Assembly (NCBI GenBank): GCA_040954595.2
Contig: CM082580.2
Span: 1,230,783 to 1,294,782 of the forward strand
Direction: 5' to 3'
Length of the DNA: 64,000 nucleotides
Source of the DNA: Balanoglossus misakiensis
Taxonomy: Eukaryota > Animalia > Hemichordata
Positions within the stretch are counted from its first letter, which is position 1. Every line of letters starts with the position of its first letter. The position numbers and the translations under genes are program-made. The notes below the pieces were generated by a model that was not told where the DNA came from, made no database searches, and saw only the letters and a program-made list of their open reading frames with translations. Positions 28,720-42,903 of this stretch are shown in pieces.

Positions 28720-31643
28720 TTATGTATGCAAAAATCCTAACATGATATCTCTGTCTACTTGTTTATCCTGATAGGAAAATTGTTAGAATAAAAATATCAA
28801 AGATATTTCTTCCTAACGCTGCATACACTATGTACATACTCTAGCAGTCTTGAAAGTACACTGAAATGTTTGTCAAAAGCTCTTCTTAAAAACTGCATAA
28901 CATACCAAACTTTCAGTACAATATAAGCAATATCCGGAAAAAAATTAAACCAACTTAGCATCTTATGCAAAATGAAAGAAATTGAGGAATCGTGTCCCCC
29001 CTTCCCTTCAGCACTATACATGATTCTACAGCCTCAAGGTGTCATTCTTCACACAAACATAAAATGAATGGCTGAAATTCTAGAAATGTAGAAACAATGA
29101 CATGTGAATATTGTTATTAAAAATGTGATTTTAATCGTTTGGCAACTATGGTCACTTCCTAATAATTGACTATATTTCTTAACATGCATCTAATAGTTTG
29201 ATTCTACCATGCTTGTCACGGATTTTGCCGATCACCAAACACAAAACACAACAAAATGGTTTAACAGTTTCACAAGCCATATGCCTAAAACAGGGACATC
29301 ATCAGTTCATATGTATGGCCAGTCTGGCTACAGAGGTGAACTGACTATGTATATGCATGGGATTCTTTTATATCCCTTTGGTCACGTGACCAGTTTATAT
29401 ATTTTCTGCTATTTCCCCAAGGGATTCATAGTCGATTCTATTTTCTTATCACCTGACGGATTCTGGCGAATCATGACACAGTGTTAGCATGAGGTATGTT
29501 ATAAATACAGATATTACATACATACCGGTATTCAAATGAACTAATGGTTCGGTCCAAATCCATTGTTTCTGTTGGAAAAGTTGGATGTCTACACAGGGAA
29601 CTGGGGGTGAATGGTGAGAGTGCTAAGAAAAAAGGCTGATGGTAATTTTCCATTTTTATCTAACCTGTATACATGTGTGGGCTTAATCTTTCCCAATAAT
29701 GCTGACACACAACAAGTTAATTGTTTTACAAAACTCTCCTTGAGAGTCAAATGAAGGCACCTGATATAAGCCCAAAGACTTCATTCTTTTCCACACACCA
29801 CTTTTCTCTTTTCAAAGAGCTCCATTTCAAATTGTGTACACAAACAATGTCATTGTCACTGCCCAAGCCCAAACTTTCAAATTACAATGTGACATTTCAA
29901 AACACTGTTAGACTTCCCAATGAAACATTAACTCTGGATCGGTATCCATTCAAATTAGTGACAGCCCCGGGGTTAGATTGTTGTTAATTTTGTTATAATG
30001 GTGATATTTAATTGTTTGGCTTTAACAAAAATTATTACATGGACGTATAAACGTGTTATGTCCACACATATGCTGTGAGTTCAGCTTCAATCCAATTTCA
30101 TAACAAATTATTCAACAACAAAAATAGAAAATGAACATCAAGAGCTAGTGACTTCGTGGCTTTCACATGATAAATATACATTGCCCCATGCTAGAGTGTA
30201 ATATTAACATGTCTCATACAACCTACAATTCTCTGTATATAACCAAACACATTCATTATAGCTGCATTAGTTGGGTCACATAATCTGGAACCAGATAGGC
30301 TGACCTGAGCAATCCATGTTTTTGCAAGTGTTGTATTGTCACTGTTATAGTGTGACTTCTTTGGTGTAATGCTCCAATGAACATGTGAGTTTCAATTGGA
30401 TAGATAAATGACCAATAACACAAAGTCTGTGATTGGGTAATACAAATGATTGGTATACAACTGGAAGTTCTGACACTGAAAGAGCTGTCTATTGCTCTCT
30501 TCCCTGAGGGAGCGATAGAGAGTAACTTTAGAGATACATTCTCCAATGATCAGGAGTTAATAAGGTATTAGTCTAGTATATAGCTGTATTTTATCTGCTT
30601 TGCTTTCAAAAAACTATGCATGCCACTGGCCCAATAAAGCATGATACCCCTTGCAGGGAATCGTGATGTAATTAGCATTACTTTGAAGTCAATCACGGAC
30701 TTTGTTTTTCCAATGATTGGTCAAAGGATACATATGTGTGATTAAGGATTGGTACCATTTTAAATTTAAATTAGCCTTGCCTTTACTATAACCTTACACA
30801 CAATCGCCATTGTTCAGTTTATGTCAGTGACTTTAAGGGGGATGGTAGTTACATCACAATTCCCAGCAAGAGCTATCAGGCTTTATTGGGCCAGTGGCAT
30901 GCATCACTCTTGATGTTAGTTTTGGAAGTGGAAAAAATATGGCTATATACTGTAAAACATGAAATTTTCGCAACGGGAAATTTTCATAATATCAAATGTG
31001 GCAACTGTTATGCAACGATTAATTTTCGCATTCTCGAATTTCAATTCATCATTATTTCTGAAAAACATGTTTACGCGACTTTTTAGTTTCGTGTTTTTTT
31101 AGCACTTGCATGATTCGGGCGAATTTATCTCTCATGAAAATTTCCCATTTTACATACATCCTAAGAATCATTTTTTCACACCAGAAGACAATGCACAGTT
31201 GCTTTGTGTATGGCATACTTTGTATTACAATAGACACTGACAACTAGTTACATCCTCCCAGCATACAAATATGGTTATATTGAAATAAGGCATTATGATG
31301 GAAACAATGTAAAGCTAATGCAAGAATTAGTACAGACCGAGTATATTATGTTACTACACTGGAATAACAATTTCGTGTTATTTGATCTGTTTAAATTTTT
31401 TTTTTTAAATCAAGGAACACTGAAGAATGAGTGGAGGTGATAGCTTTGGAATGGATATGTCTGTATACAGTAAATGAGAGTGATAAATATTCCAAATCCC
31501 CAATACTTGACTGTCTGGAAAAAACCTTGAGAATTTTCTGACATTTCTTTGGGCATCTGGGTTTCATTTAGTATATAGAAGTTACAACGGTAATGAAGGC
31601 ATGAACAGTCTCCTGTTCATTATAGTCAGTTTCCTGTAAGAAT

Positions 31644-31892
31644 TTATTGATTCGGAATATCAAAAAGACTCATGTCAACAGCCAGCAGATTACTACATGA
31701 TTGTTGCAGTGTTTGTTGCATGCTGGGTGCCAAGTCCATCTGAGGTACCTGTGGTCGCGGCCGTGGCTGTTGTCCTAGTTACAGCTGTTGCTGTTGTTGT
31801 TGTGATAACTGTTGCTGTTGTTGTTGTTGTTGCCATGTTTGTTGTTGTGGTGGTGGAATGGTTGCTTTTGTTCCGCTGGCTTGTTGCTGCTG
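31644..31892 (-). pseudogene. MED25: Q-rich terminal exon, MED25 C-terminus-like, with a premature stop
   Basis: Acceptor aactgcag|; 83 codons QQQQASGTKATIPPPQQQTWQQ..L*LGQQPRPRPQVPQMDL..NLLAVDMSLFDIPNQ*; internal TAA at 31779-31781. An alternative donor cag|gtacc lies at 31749. Confidence 0.6.
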
Positions 31893-33457
31893 CTGCAGTT
31901 AAATACAAACAAAACAGTTTTCTTTTAAAGTCACTTCACAGCAAATGGCAATGTATCAGGAGACACTTCTTTTTAATTTTCTTTACATTTGTCAATCAGA
32001 CTGAAATTTAGGGCGGCATATAGTTAGTTACTGTACAATGGGAAATTGATTTAGGCTGTGTCTAAAATTGATGGTTAGTTTCAAGACCCCTGTTGACCTA
32101 ATTAATTATGTACACTCCTAATTCTAGGCTAACCAATAGATCTAGAAGTTTAGATTTTGTAGGACATAGATCAGTTTAGGATCAAAACTTTTTGACAAAA
32201 TTTTGGGTATCCACAGCAGATAATCCTTAGCATTCTGTAGGAACCCTGGGAATTGCTTGGGCCCAGTGAACACTGCTTGCAGCTTTAATTCACCATGTTC
32301 TCAGATGCAGACATTTTGAAGAGAATATGATTTAAATTCTAAGCAGACTTTTGTTAAAGTGTAATGTTCATCTAACACACATTTGCCAAAGCAGAGACTC
32401 TAGTTACAAAATTGTTATCTATGCCACAAGTGCTGTCTTAACAACAGACAAGGTGGCGGCAACCATAGTCTGTGTCATAGATTAGGAAAAGACAGCAAAT
32501 TGAGTGAAAAGAAGAGACAAAACTAAATTCTTCTTATCTGGCATGCAAGAAATATAGAAGGAAGCGAAGGCAGTCCACTATATGAATGCACGCACATAAA
32601 ATTGTGCAGAATATTTGGATTGGACGTTATTTTGTACACACAAAATTAACGCATATGTGCATAAGAGTAAGATGATTGTCGTCATTTAAAACTGTCTGTC
32701 AGAGGTTATCATCAGTGCTTCCACACTGGTACCATGGAAAAACTAGAGGAATTGAAAATAAGAATGAGACAAGATTTGTTGTATTTCTTTGTCAGTAATT
32801 TAGGTCTGCTTTCCTTCCAGCTTTTCCCCCCACACTAAAACTGAACAGGTTGGACCAGTCACACCTCCCTTAATCCTATTGGTCCCAATGTTTATTTCAT
32901 CAATATATCTATGGCATGCTGACTTGGACAATAATTCTGACACAAAATTGATCATGAGTGTGAACTGATTGCATAAACATTTTTCGAAAGTACTTCCTGT
33001 AAAAAGGGAGGAGGCTCCACACACCAGACTATTTTTGTTTATGTACATGACTTACACATGCGGGGGTTGTCAACTTGATGAAATAGCCATTCTCTAGATT
33101 TCCTATTGTTATAAGAGTGTACATAAACATGAAAAGTAAAATCATGAATATTAATAGATGTGGTGCGTATGGCCGATTTGAGGCAAATCAGCCATACCCA
33201 CCACGTCTAAATCTGTGTGGGGAAAAGTTGTCATGTTGGGCAAATAGTTCATTGAATTTATTCTGTGTGACTGTCAGGTCTTCAATACATTAAAATCATT
33301 TTGGGAATGGCACAGACCATGTTATTTGTACCATCAAGAAAGCTCCTTTTTGAGAAAACTGATTTCATTTTTCCCCACATAACAATTCCCAGAAGTGCCA
33401 CTGGTACCAGTCTTGGTTTTCAAAATATTCACTGTACACATTATTATGACAACTTAC

Positions 33458-33709
33458 TTGTAAGAGGTGTTTTAGTTGTTGATTTGTTGATTGTATATTG
33501 GATGGCTGTGCTTGCACTGCTTGTTGTTGTTGTTGTTGTTATTGTTGGGCTCTCTCTTGTTGTAACCTTTGTAATTGCTGTTGTTGTTGATGTTGTTGTC
33601 TTAGAGCTATGAGTTGACTTTGTCTGGCATGTTGATCTTGCTGTTGTTTCAATTCAAGTTCTTTTTTCTGTGCCATCTCTAGATTCTTCTGCGGTGCTTG
33701 AATATTCCT
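33458..33709 (-). pseudogene. MED25: Q-rich phase 0-0 exon with an LxxLL motif (MED25-like) and a premature stop
   Basis: tctttcag| ... caa|gtaagt; 252 bp; RNIQAPQKNLEMAQKKELELKQQQ..AQQ*QQQ..STNQQLKHLLQ. NQQLKHLL resembles human MED25 NPQLRSLL (recalled). Confidence 0.7.
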
Positions 33710-34823
33710 CTGAAAGATCAAACAAAGAAAAGTGTAAACATTCAAACATTGTCATCTGTGTCAATCTACCTACATGTAACATGACTACAGGAGCTTCAGC
33801 CAAGCCAAGCTTTTCACTTGGGAGATTATTGAAATCAATTTAAAACTCAGCAACTCCAACTTCGGGTTATTTTCTCAATACTTTTGTTTTGGCGGTCACC
33901 TTTCATTGAACAATGAATGGGCAAGTGCTCGCTCACTTCTTCACTGAATTTTACTGTTTGTTTATCTTATCATAAAAAAACTTGGGCATCGCAGTCCTTT
34001 GGACAAAAAGATTCATGTGTGGTGATTTAAAATCAATGTTGCAAGAAGAAGAATTAATCACAGGATTAACGGTTTCTGATTGAAAAATACTAAATGCTTA
34101 ATATGCCATATGCCGTACACAGAGTGATCACATTAGTCAATAGGACAGCTGTTCCAAAGGACTAAAATGATGGCAACGTTTTAATATTATATTTATTTTA
34201 CAAAACCTTGCATCTGAGCTTTACTTTAAAGTACTTCCATTTACTAGTAGTACAAGTGCACATCAGTTAACATTGACAGCTAGGCATGACGTCATAGATG
34301 TAGGACTTCAAAATGGACATTCTGAACAGTGGGGGCGCTCTATCATGGTGGATTTTAATGAACATGTGTATTTAATTTCATCACTCACATTTGTCCATGG
34401 AAACTGTATTTTAACATACGCTTATAGTTAAGGCATTTGCAGTATCTAGTCATATTACAGTAATACACCAGACATGTTCTTAACTCAACTAAATGTGTGT
34501 AAGTTCAATTTCTGACCTCACTCAGATTACCCAAGTCCATGTGACAAACTCTACTGCAAGTATACAGACTTGAACTCCGGAAAAACTAGTCACCTACAAT
34601 ACTTGAAATGGAGCCACATCCAAAACTTGACTTTGAGATCTTTTATCAAATCAGTTTTCCTTTTAGAATTAGAACTCCCATGCAATTTTTGTGACAGAGG
34701 AAATAAATAGATTCTCAGAAAAAAACAGTTTCCTCTTTAAAGATCCAACCTTACCATAGAAAATAAAAGGTTTAGACTGAACCATAGTGGTGAAAGGGTT
34801 AAGCCAGAGCATGTATCAAAATA

Positions 34824-34993
34824 CAGTAAAACCTGTCTCAACCGAACCCTGTCTAATCTGGAAACCTGTATATTTCAAAGACATTGTTCAAACCTTTTGA
34901 CATAGAACCACATGTTGAAAGAACCTCTTTAAATTGTACACCTGCAATCTGAACAATTTCTTCAGTCCCTTTGGTGTTAGACAGGTTTGACTG
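34824..34993. mobile_element. Tc1/mariner (pogo/Tigger-like) MITE
   Basis: TA|cagtaaaacctgtct ... agacaggtttgactg|TA. Confidence 0.8.
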
Positions 34994-35451
34994 TACTTGA
35001 AAGTGCAATTGAACAAAAATGCTAAAAAATATAATTGCAGAGAGTCAGTATTTTAGGCTGGGCATCATCTACATAGTTCCCAGAGTCAATACTGTCACAG
35101 TAGTCCATTTCTCTATGTACCAAATTTTAATAAAACATTGCTATGCAGTCATGTTACCCTTCCAAGATGCAAACATGAGGCCAGTTGGTCACAAAGTAAA
35201 AACTTGATTGTCTTGTGTATCAACACTATAGTTGGGACTTATGTTCGACAGCCACATTTTATTGTAAGGTCAGTTTTACACGCAACTTGTATCATGTATA
35301 CAACAAACTAGATGAGCTCGAGCAGTACTCTACTGACCGCCTTTTTCACATTGTCTGCATTGAGATGACACTTTATTTTGGAAGGCTGCCCTCTTTATGA
35401 AAAATGTCATGATTGTGTTACACGTAAAAAAGACAGAAATCAACACAACAG

Positions 35452-35636
35452 CAGTCAAACCTGCTCATTATGGCTAGTGAAGGGACTTTTCTAAACTGGC
35501 CTTTATAGATAAGTGGCCATTATACCTTGTAGAAAGTCAATTAATGTAGATGTAAATTGCACAGGGACTAGAATAAAGTGGCCACTATATAGAGGTGGCT
35601 GCCTAATAGAGGTGGCCACTCAAACAGGTTTGACTG
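35452..35636. mobile_element. Tc1/mariner (pogo/Tigger-like) MITE
   Basis: cagtcaaacctg ... caggtttgactg|TA with internal gtggccact repeats. Confidence 0.75.
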
Positions 35637-35777
35637 TATGTTGATTTGTGTCATGAATAGCCGACATTTACCAATGACTGATTGTACAATATATGATTTC
35701 AGTGTCACATATACATGTATAAGACACTAAGTACAAACCCATACATCTTACTTTCTCTCCAAATTGTAGATACTCAC

Positions 35778-35887
35778 CAACGCATGTATGTTGAATCCTG
35801 GTCTGCAACCACACTGGTAACTGGTTGGTGTGTTGTAACATACTCGTTGGCATGGTGACCAACCAGCTTGATCGCACTCATTGTCAT
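35778..35887 (-). pseudogene. Calcium-binding EGF exon 4, frameshifted
   Basis: ccctgcag|AT ... G|gtgagt; DDNECDQAGWSPCQRVCYNTPTSYQCGCRPGFN, then TCV in a shifted frame; 110 bp, not a multiple of 3. Confidence 0.85.
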
Positions 35888-37742
35888 CTGCAGGGAAAAC
35901 ACAAATATCATAAAATGTATTAGAATGAATACATGTGAATTACAGTTGTCTTTGAGTGGACATTTGAAAATATACGACAAGAGAGCAAAATTGTGTGAAA
36001 CTTAATAAATATCATCTGGCATACAACTTGGTCATATCATATGTTTATCTGTACCAGTACTGAATACTGATAAACAAACAATGTAGTAACCAAATAACAT
36101 TTAACAAGGTAGTGTTTGAAAGCCAAAAATATCATGCATAAGACAACAAACTCATTGTTTTGGCTCCGAAGTGTAAACAGAGGAGTCTGTCAAGTTGGGT
36201 ATGAGCTACTACTTCCGTCTGTCAAACTACTTCCGTCCGTCAAGAATTCATACCATTTTCTAGTAGGGGTGTGTAGCTTTATGTTTTTGGCGGTGGTGTG
36301 TAGCTTTGAGGTGTTGAGGAAGAATTGGAACAGTGACAGAAATCGGAACGGATTAGCCAGCAGTGTTTTCACTACCCGCGAGAAAACAGTTGTGTTTGGC
36401 GAGACGATTTTCATACAAATTGGTCAAACTTGTGAAGAACTGCTATCTAACATCGTCATTTGTTTTGCCATGATCAACTTGCCACGATCAGTGCACTACA
36501 ATGCGTGAAATTGGACCGCTGTTCTGTTCATTGATCATCACCCCCCCCCCCCTGTATCATGAACATTGTAAGGCAATACATTGAATTCAGCTCTTCCAGC
36601 TAGTGGCCGCACTCGCTTGATTTCCTGTGTGTGTCTCTGGGGACACAAATAATGCATATGCGTCTTTTTCTAATTTGCATATTTTGAATTGGTTAGGTGT
36701 GCCTTGACTTGAACGCGTCAAGCGTACAGGTTGTTATGGAAGTTTCTTTTAAGAACGACTAGTGTTAGTCTGTGGGCCCAACCAGCAAAAATAAGTTCTA
36801 GAAATGTCATTATGTTGTATAAGAGTTTTGTTCTACATGAAATTAGCTGGAAATGACAGGTGGGAAACTATTGATGTGAAATCAGGTCACTTCTACCGAA
36901 AATGATGGACCAGAGAGCAATGACTTTTTAAAATTATTTCATATACTATGTTCACAACTGCTATGCTCCCATAAACTGGGGAAACTAAATGATTGAACTT
37001 TCTGTTTGAACAATTCATGTATTTTTTTGCTAACACCTACACTACTATAGTCAGCACATGACATTACCTATATACTTGAAAATGGAGAACTTTTTATCAA
37101 AACACTTAAGCTGATCTTGAATGCTGTCTGATATTTTTTTTCAAAATATATTTCTTTCACGTTTAGACTAGTGCTTCTACTTGCACTGTTTTTTTTTCAA
37201 AACACATTTCTCATAGCTTGCACTGGTGCAATTTGATACGACAATACACAATGAATTCCATCAGTATAACATAAGATACAAAATCTGAGAGGGAAATGAC
37301 AGAATATATTTGTGTGAGGCCATTTGTGTGTGCGGGCCATTTTAAGACTAAATTTAAAACAGTTATTAGAGCCATTGACAAGTGGTTTTTCCCTCTGCCA
37401 AGCACCCACCTTATCAAGCTTCATTCAATATTACATGAGCAAAACAGTTCAGCATTTCACCTTGGTGTTTGCAAATTGTTCCTTTCACCCATATACCAAA
37501 CCACTGTTCTCCAAACATGCTGCTCATCAGCCACTACACACTGAGAGAGCACCAGGTGTCCTTGACGCTATTTTTTTAAATTTCTAACTATGGAAAGTGC
37601 CTGATAACTTTTAATTATTTTCTGTTTTAACATGGTGACTGACTGTAAAGTCTGTCACTTACAACTTCTGTAAGCGCCCTTTTGAAGCAGGAAATGCAAA
37701 TCCATTGTTGACCTATCCCCTCCCCACTCAAAAAAAACTTAC

Positions 37743-37862
37743 CTAAACAATTGACATGCTCTGCACTCAGAGAGAAACCATCATCACCACAACTACAGCT
37801 GAATCCACCCTCTGCATTGAGAAAACCTCCAGCACAAACAGAATCTGAACACTCATTCACAT
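37743..37862 (-). pseudogene. Calcium-binding EGF exon 3 (Cys3 changed to Phe)
   Basis: ttttcag|AT ... G|gtaagt; 120 bp, phase 1-1; DVNECSDSVCAGGFLNAEGGFSCSCGDDGFSLSAEHVNCL. Confidence 0.88.
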
Positions 37863-38179
37863 CTGAAAATAGAGAGAAAAAAACATCCGTTGTAATTATT
37901 CAAGTCAATACCAATCCTCCCTTCCTTTAAAAATTTCCATAAAGTGAACAAATTCACATGGCTTTGAAATTAGTATTAACAGTGATATTTCTAATATTTC
38001 TAACAGGCCTGACTTTTCTAAACTTTGAGTTTCTTTGTGGATTTGTAGAAATGATCTACAAACTGAGCTGTCAGGTCATAACTGTTTGTGCTTTGGCATG
38101 TACACATATCCCAGTATGCCCTACATGGTTGGCAGTGAAATTGATAAAATCTTCACCTAAGATTTCAAACTCGTAGATC

Positions 38180-38586
38180 TTAATAGATTCTCACACTCCT
38201 GGCATGCTGAGAGTGTGGGATCAGAGTGTGAGAACAAATCAATCCCACACACTCACTGAATCGAAAGCTGTATATGACGCGAGCGCCGATTGGATGACAA
38301 AGCGTTTTTTAATAACGTGCGCTAAATGTTATCCAATGACACGATAAAGAAACTACATGCCAGATGACAATTCAAGAGTCATTTATTCAATGTTTTAAGA
38401 CGAATTTAGCTAATTTGTGCCCGTGTGAGAAATATAATCTCATACACAAAGGACCTATGATCATATTTCCCACACTCGTCAGGGATATTTTGTCCCACAC
38501 TCGCCTGCGGCTTGTGTGGGACATAAAATCCCCAACTCATGTCAGAATTATGACCCCTAGTCCTTGGGAGTGTGAGATTCTATTAA
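38180..38586. mobile_element. Palindromic MITE
   Basis: ttaatagattctcacactcc ... ggagtgtgagattctattaa imperfect inverted ends. Confidence 0.65.
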
Positions 38587-39554
38587 TCTCACAACCTTAG
38601 GACCTGGGATAAGATTTCTCAGATGAGTTGGTGATATTTTGGCTTGTGTTAGTCAACATATACCTGATAAGTGTAAAAAATTGCGTCAAGGACACAGTGG
38701 TCCCATTCAGTCTACACGGAGTACATATACACAGTCAGATCGCACGGTGCTCATTTGCATATGAAAGTTCATCAAGCGAGCGACCGTTAACTTTCAAACA
38801 GACGGCAATAGGCCAGTTTTCAAGGTGATTTTCAACTTGATTTTTACGCTCTGTTGTGCAATAAAATACCATGTTAGCTGGATAAATTACGAAAGTGATT
38901 CCCATTTTTCACTGCATACGTAAATTTTATGAAAATCTGTGGTAATAGTAAAAGTTTTTAACGTGTTTTCGGTGGTATGTTGGTGACCCCGAAAGAGACG
39001 TCCACAAACGTGTCAAAAATCATTTGAAAACGACCTCAGAAAGTAACCAAACTTTCCTGATAGAGAGGTCTAATATCGGTCCCAACATCCGTGAAAAGAA
39101 ATTAATTTGAAATGCTTGCGTAACAGGAAGTGTTGCATTGATCGTGAAACGATAAGTTTACCATGGGGAAACAGTCTTTGAAAGGCAATTCTTAAGTAAA
39201 ACAGTTACTGGATAATGGATAACACCCTAAGGTAACATATTAGCCAAGTTTTAACTTAATTACTGGCCTGATTTCGACACAACATCGATCAATCGCCTAC
39301 AAATGTAGGTCCCATATGGACAGAATGCCAGGTTTACCATACATGACTACGTACGTGTGAGGAGCACAGCTGGTGTATTTTTTTTTCTCCGTATCATGGC
39401 CTGGGATATAAGTAGATGTTTCGAAAATGCAAAATGCCAACTGTAACTTCGAAACCATTTCCCTTTATTCGCTGATGATATGTGCAATAAATATTTGTGT
39501 CTGAAGGCAAGCAATTTTGTTTTGACTTTTGTTGTCATCATTGCATTGGGCTGA

Positions 39555-40260
39555 ACATGACAGAGTTTGAGCTGATCAGCTGACTTCAATTTTCGATTTG
39601 GAACATATAATTTGATCATATCAGACAGATATGATGGTCCAAGTCTATGAATGAATTCAAAAATAAGAAATAACATCTTGAAAACAATACGATCAGACAC
39701 AGGTAACCAATGCAACTGAAATTGCATTGATGTAAAAGGTGATTTTGGAACTAGCAGCAATATTTTGAACTTGAATACGACTGATCTCGTACTTAGGGAG
39801 CCCAAATAAAAGTGAATTACACAAATCTATTCGAAATGCAACAAAAGCAGGAACTTTATTGCTCTGTGGCGGCTTGAGATAAATATTTACAGACAAGTGC
39901 AATATGCTGCAAATGAAAAGCGACTGAATGGCAGATCTGTGCAATCATTGTCAGACAATGAACAGGTTTCAGAGCATCACATGAATTTCTGTAATCCCTC
40001 TGGCAGATAGATTACCCGAAGTAGCAGAAAAAATAACAAATTCAGTCTTATCGTTATTTAAACACAAGACATTTTCAGACATCCAGTACCGCATAAAGCA
40101 TTCTGGGAGCATTCTCGTTGGTAAAAGACAATGAAGAGCCATCTGCATAAAAGCTATATACAGGCATCCATGACTAGAAACTAATTTCCCTAATGGAGAA
40201 GTGTACATATTAAAAAGTAGAGGACAAAGAAGTGATCGTTGTGTTACCGCAGTGTCAAGC
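39555..40260 (-). mobile_element. Degenerate L2/CR1-group LINE ORF2 fragment
   Basis: YTSPLG.., LCLNNDKTEF, IDLCNSLLFGLP, LHWLPVSDRIVFK..GPSYL spread across several frames. Confidence 0.85.
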
Positions 40261-40407
40261 AGATAAAATGGTGATTGTTTGGAACACGGTTATAGTAACC
40301 ATGTCTGAAATTAACACATACACACTGGGTGCGATTGAAAAGGTATGACTGAAACCACAACAGGGCTGCAACCCCCAAAAGACCAAATCAATTTCTTTGA
40401 TGATTCA

Positions 40408-41822
40408 TTAAATGTCATCACAGTCACCATCATTGGAATCACAATCACCATTCTTTGAATAATCAGTTTGTTTTTCTTCCGTCCAGTTATATTCATCAGT
40501 CAGTTCGTCAAAGTCAGAATCAGTCTCGTAAATATTTCCCTCTTCTTCTCTTAAAATGTCAAATTCATGTGACTCCTGTAAAATTGCATCAATGCTATTT
40601 TCCATATTATGATGTTCAGTATCAGTGATTGGTGATGGTGATTCTAATAGTGGTGACTTATCTGTATATTTTGGGCATACCCCATACTTTTTCGATGTGG
40701 TACAGAATCCAGGATTCCCATTATGTGGATTACTGCAGTCATTACATCGACACGCAGGGCCACAACCATTGTGGGTCTTATAACATTTACAACATCTGCT
40801 ATTACAAGTTGGCATCTTTTTGCAGCCACACCCTTTTGTTAGCAACTCCAAATTATTTTTCACTTTTTCTAAATTGGCATCACTGTCCTAAATAATATCA
40901 AGTTCGCCGTTGCTTAGTCTGTATCCATAATTATTGAATAAGGGAAACGTAACATGGCACTGATCGGCCTGGGACCATAACTGAGAGACCCAGCATGATC
41001 TTTTCCAGTGCAGTTGTAGGGCTTCAAAGGAAGGGATACATTCTTCCTCATACTGGATACGTGGGCAAATTGTTTCTCGTATATATGTAAGCCATTTGAT
41101 GTGGTTATCTTTAAGACTGTTAGTGACACTGGCTACTTGTCGATAAAGTTCAAAAGGATGAGATGCATCAAATGCTTGGAAATGTTTCTTAACATAAACA
41201 CTACCTTTTAAACGTATGAAAGCGAAAATTCCATTCCCTACACTGTCTACTGTTGTGTCTATCAGTGTTCCAGGTATAAGGGTGCCACTAGTTATAAATT
41301 CAGAGTATTGAAAAAATGTCTTGTAGAAAGATTTCCTTCCGATGCCTGCAAAGTATAGTCACAACCTGTGCATATGAACAGTGTTTGAAATATTTTGCCT
41401 AAATATTGGAGGGGAATATGTTGCAAATCAGGGTCTAAATTTAAATCTGATTTGAATTGATTCATGTCTAAATAAGTGAGATTTGATAAATCATTATCAA
41501 GTTGTACAAATATCTCCTTTTGAACATGTTGATATAGTACTGGGAGGAGAACATGATAAGTATCGGTATCAGGGGAGTAAATAACACCTTTCTTGTAAGA
41601 GGACTGAACTGCATGAAGGATGCATCTACTGTCAGCTTCTTCATGACAACTTTTGGCTTCCCACTCAGACACAATTCCATTACTACCAACGAAAAGATTC
41701 TTGTCCCTATTTTCTCCATCAAAGCCACCTGCTGTAATGAGGACCTGATCACCTTGCAGAGCCGGCACAATTATTTTTAAAGATGTGGCTGACAAGAAGT
41801 TCACTAGTTTTCTCTTGTTTGG
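40408..41822 (-). pseudogene. Academ ORF C-terminal part: XPG/FEN1-like nuclease, Cys-rich (CXC-like) domain and acidic tail
   Basis: CHEEADSRCILHA, SPDTDTY, TGCDY, PSFEALQLHWKR (frame not in the ORF track), GCGCKKMPTCNSRCCKCYK..CGPACRCNDCSN; contains frameshifts and stops. Confidence 0.85.
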
Positions 41823-41829
41823 CTTACAA

Positions 41830-42903
41830 TTGATGTATGTTTTGAGCTAATATTATTGATTACCTATTTTTTATGCATTTTTTTGTATTTTTCCATGTTA
41901 TTAGTAAAAAGTCTTCATTTCTGAAAGTGATGGGCTTACTTCTTTGAAATTTAGCATGAAGCTTCCTAATGGTTGTCTGAGTAACCATAGTTTTGTTCAA
42001 ATTGTTGCAAAATTTGCATATTTATAATTTTGAGCAATATTTGCCATTTTTGGTCAATTTATTTTTCTTTAAAACCGCATGCCAGATTGCTTTGCAATTT
42101 GGTAGGCATGTTCGTAGGTGTAAGTCAAGTAATATGTTGTAAAAAATGTGATATTTTCATAAATGTGTTATCGGGGAAACTTTTGCAATTTTTGTCAAAA
42201 ATTGTTTTCCTGAAACTGTTTGTCATATTGCATAGAACTTTGGCAGCATGTTCCTTGTAGTGATTGAGGTAAGGTATTGTACAATTTTGTGTTTTTGCCA
42301 CTTTTGAACAAATATCTTTTGTGAAAGTGCTTGTTGATTGCTTTGAAATTTGTTTTTTCTCTGATTGCTTTGAAATTTGGGATATAATTTCATAACACAT
42401 ACATGTATATGTGCAACTTTTATTCAATTCTGATATCAGAAATATTCAATATTTAGCGAGTTTTTATGAAAGTTTCTTTGTTTTTGGTTAGCAAATCTTC
42501 TCCTTAACCAATTATCCAGTTGTTTTGAAAGTTACTGTTTACAAGGAGTCGTTACCCCCAACTTAGACATGTTTACATAACTTCAATAAGCCAGCTGTCA
42601 GAGAGACCATGGGCTATTAAATTTTTAATTACCAGTGGCAGGTCAGTGTGTGTGTGTGTGTGTGTGTGTGTCTGTCTGTCTGTCTGTTCCAGGGCTGACT
42701 GAAAGAAGTTGCTTCTCATATGTGTTTGTACAGACAATTTTTGGTCAATTTTTGGGCATGTTCCTTGTTAATGTTTTTACATTCCATATTTCTATATCGT
42801 AAGATCATATCTGCTTGCAATGTCACCTGTAATTTTTATTCTGGTGTGTCACTGTTTCTACATAATCCTCAAATGGGACCACAGTGTCCTTGACGCTATT
42901 TTT
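41830..42903. mobile_element. Interspersed repeat (HINE-like) interrupting the Academ ORF
   Basis: Non-coding T-rich block with (tg)n(tctg)n; ends in gggaccacagtgtccttgacgctattttt, a motif also seen at ~37555 and inverted at 38675-38706. Confidence 0.55.

Noticed and set aside
31697-33612. Val-rich membrane-like ORFs on the plus strand (31697-32011, 33301-33612)
   Set aside because: They are antisense shadows of (CAA)n-rich exons.
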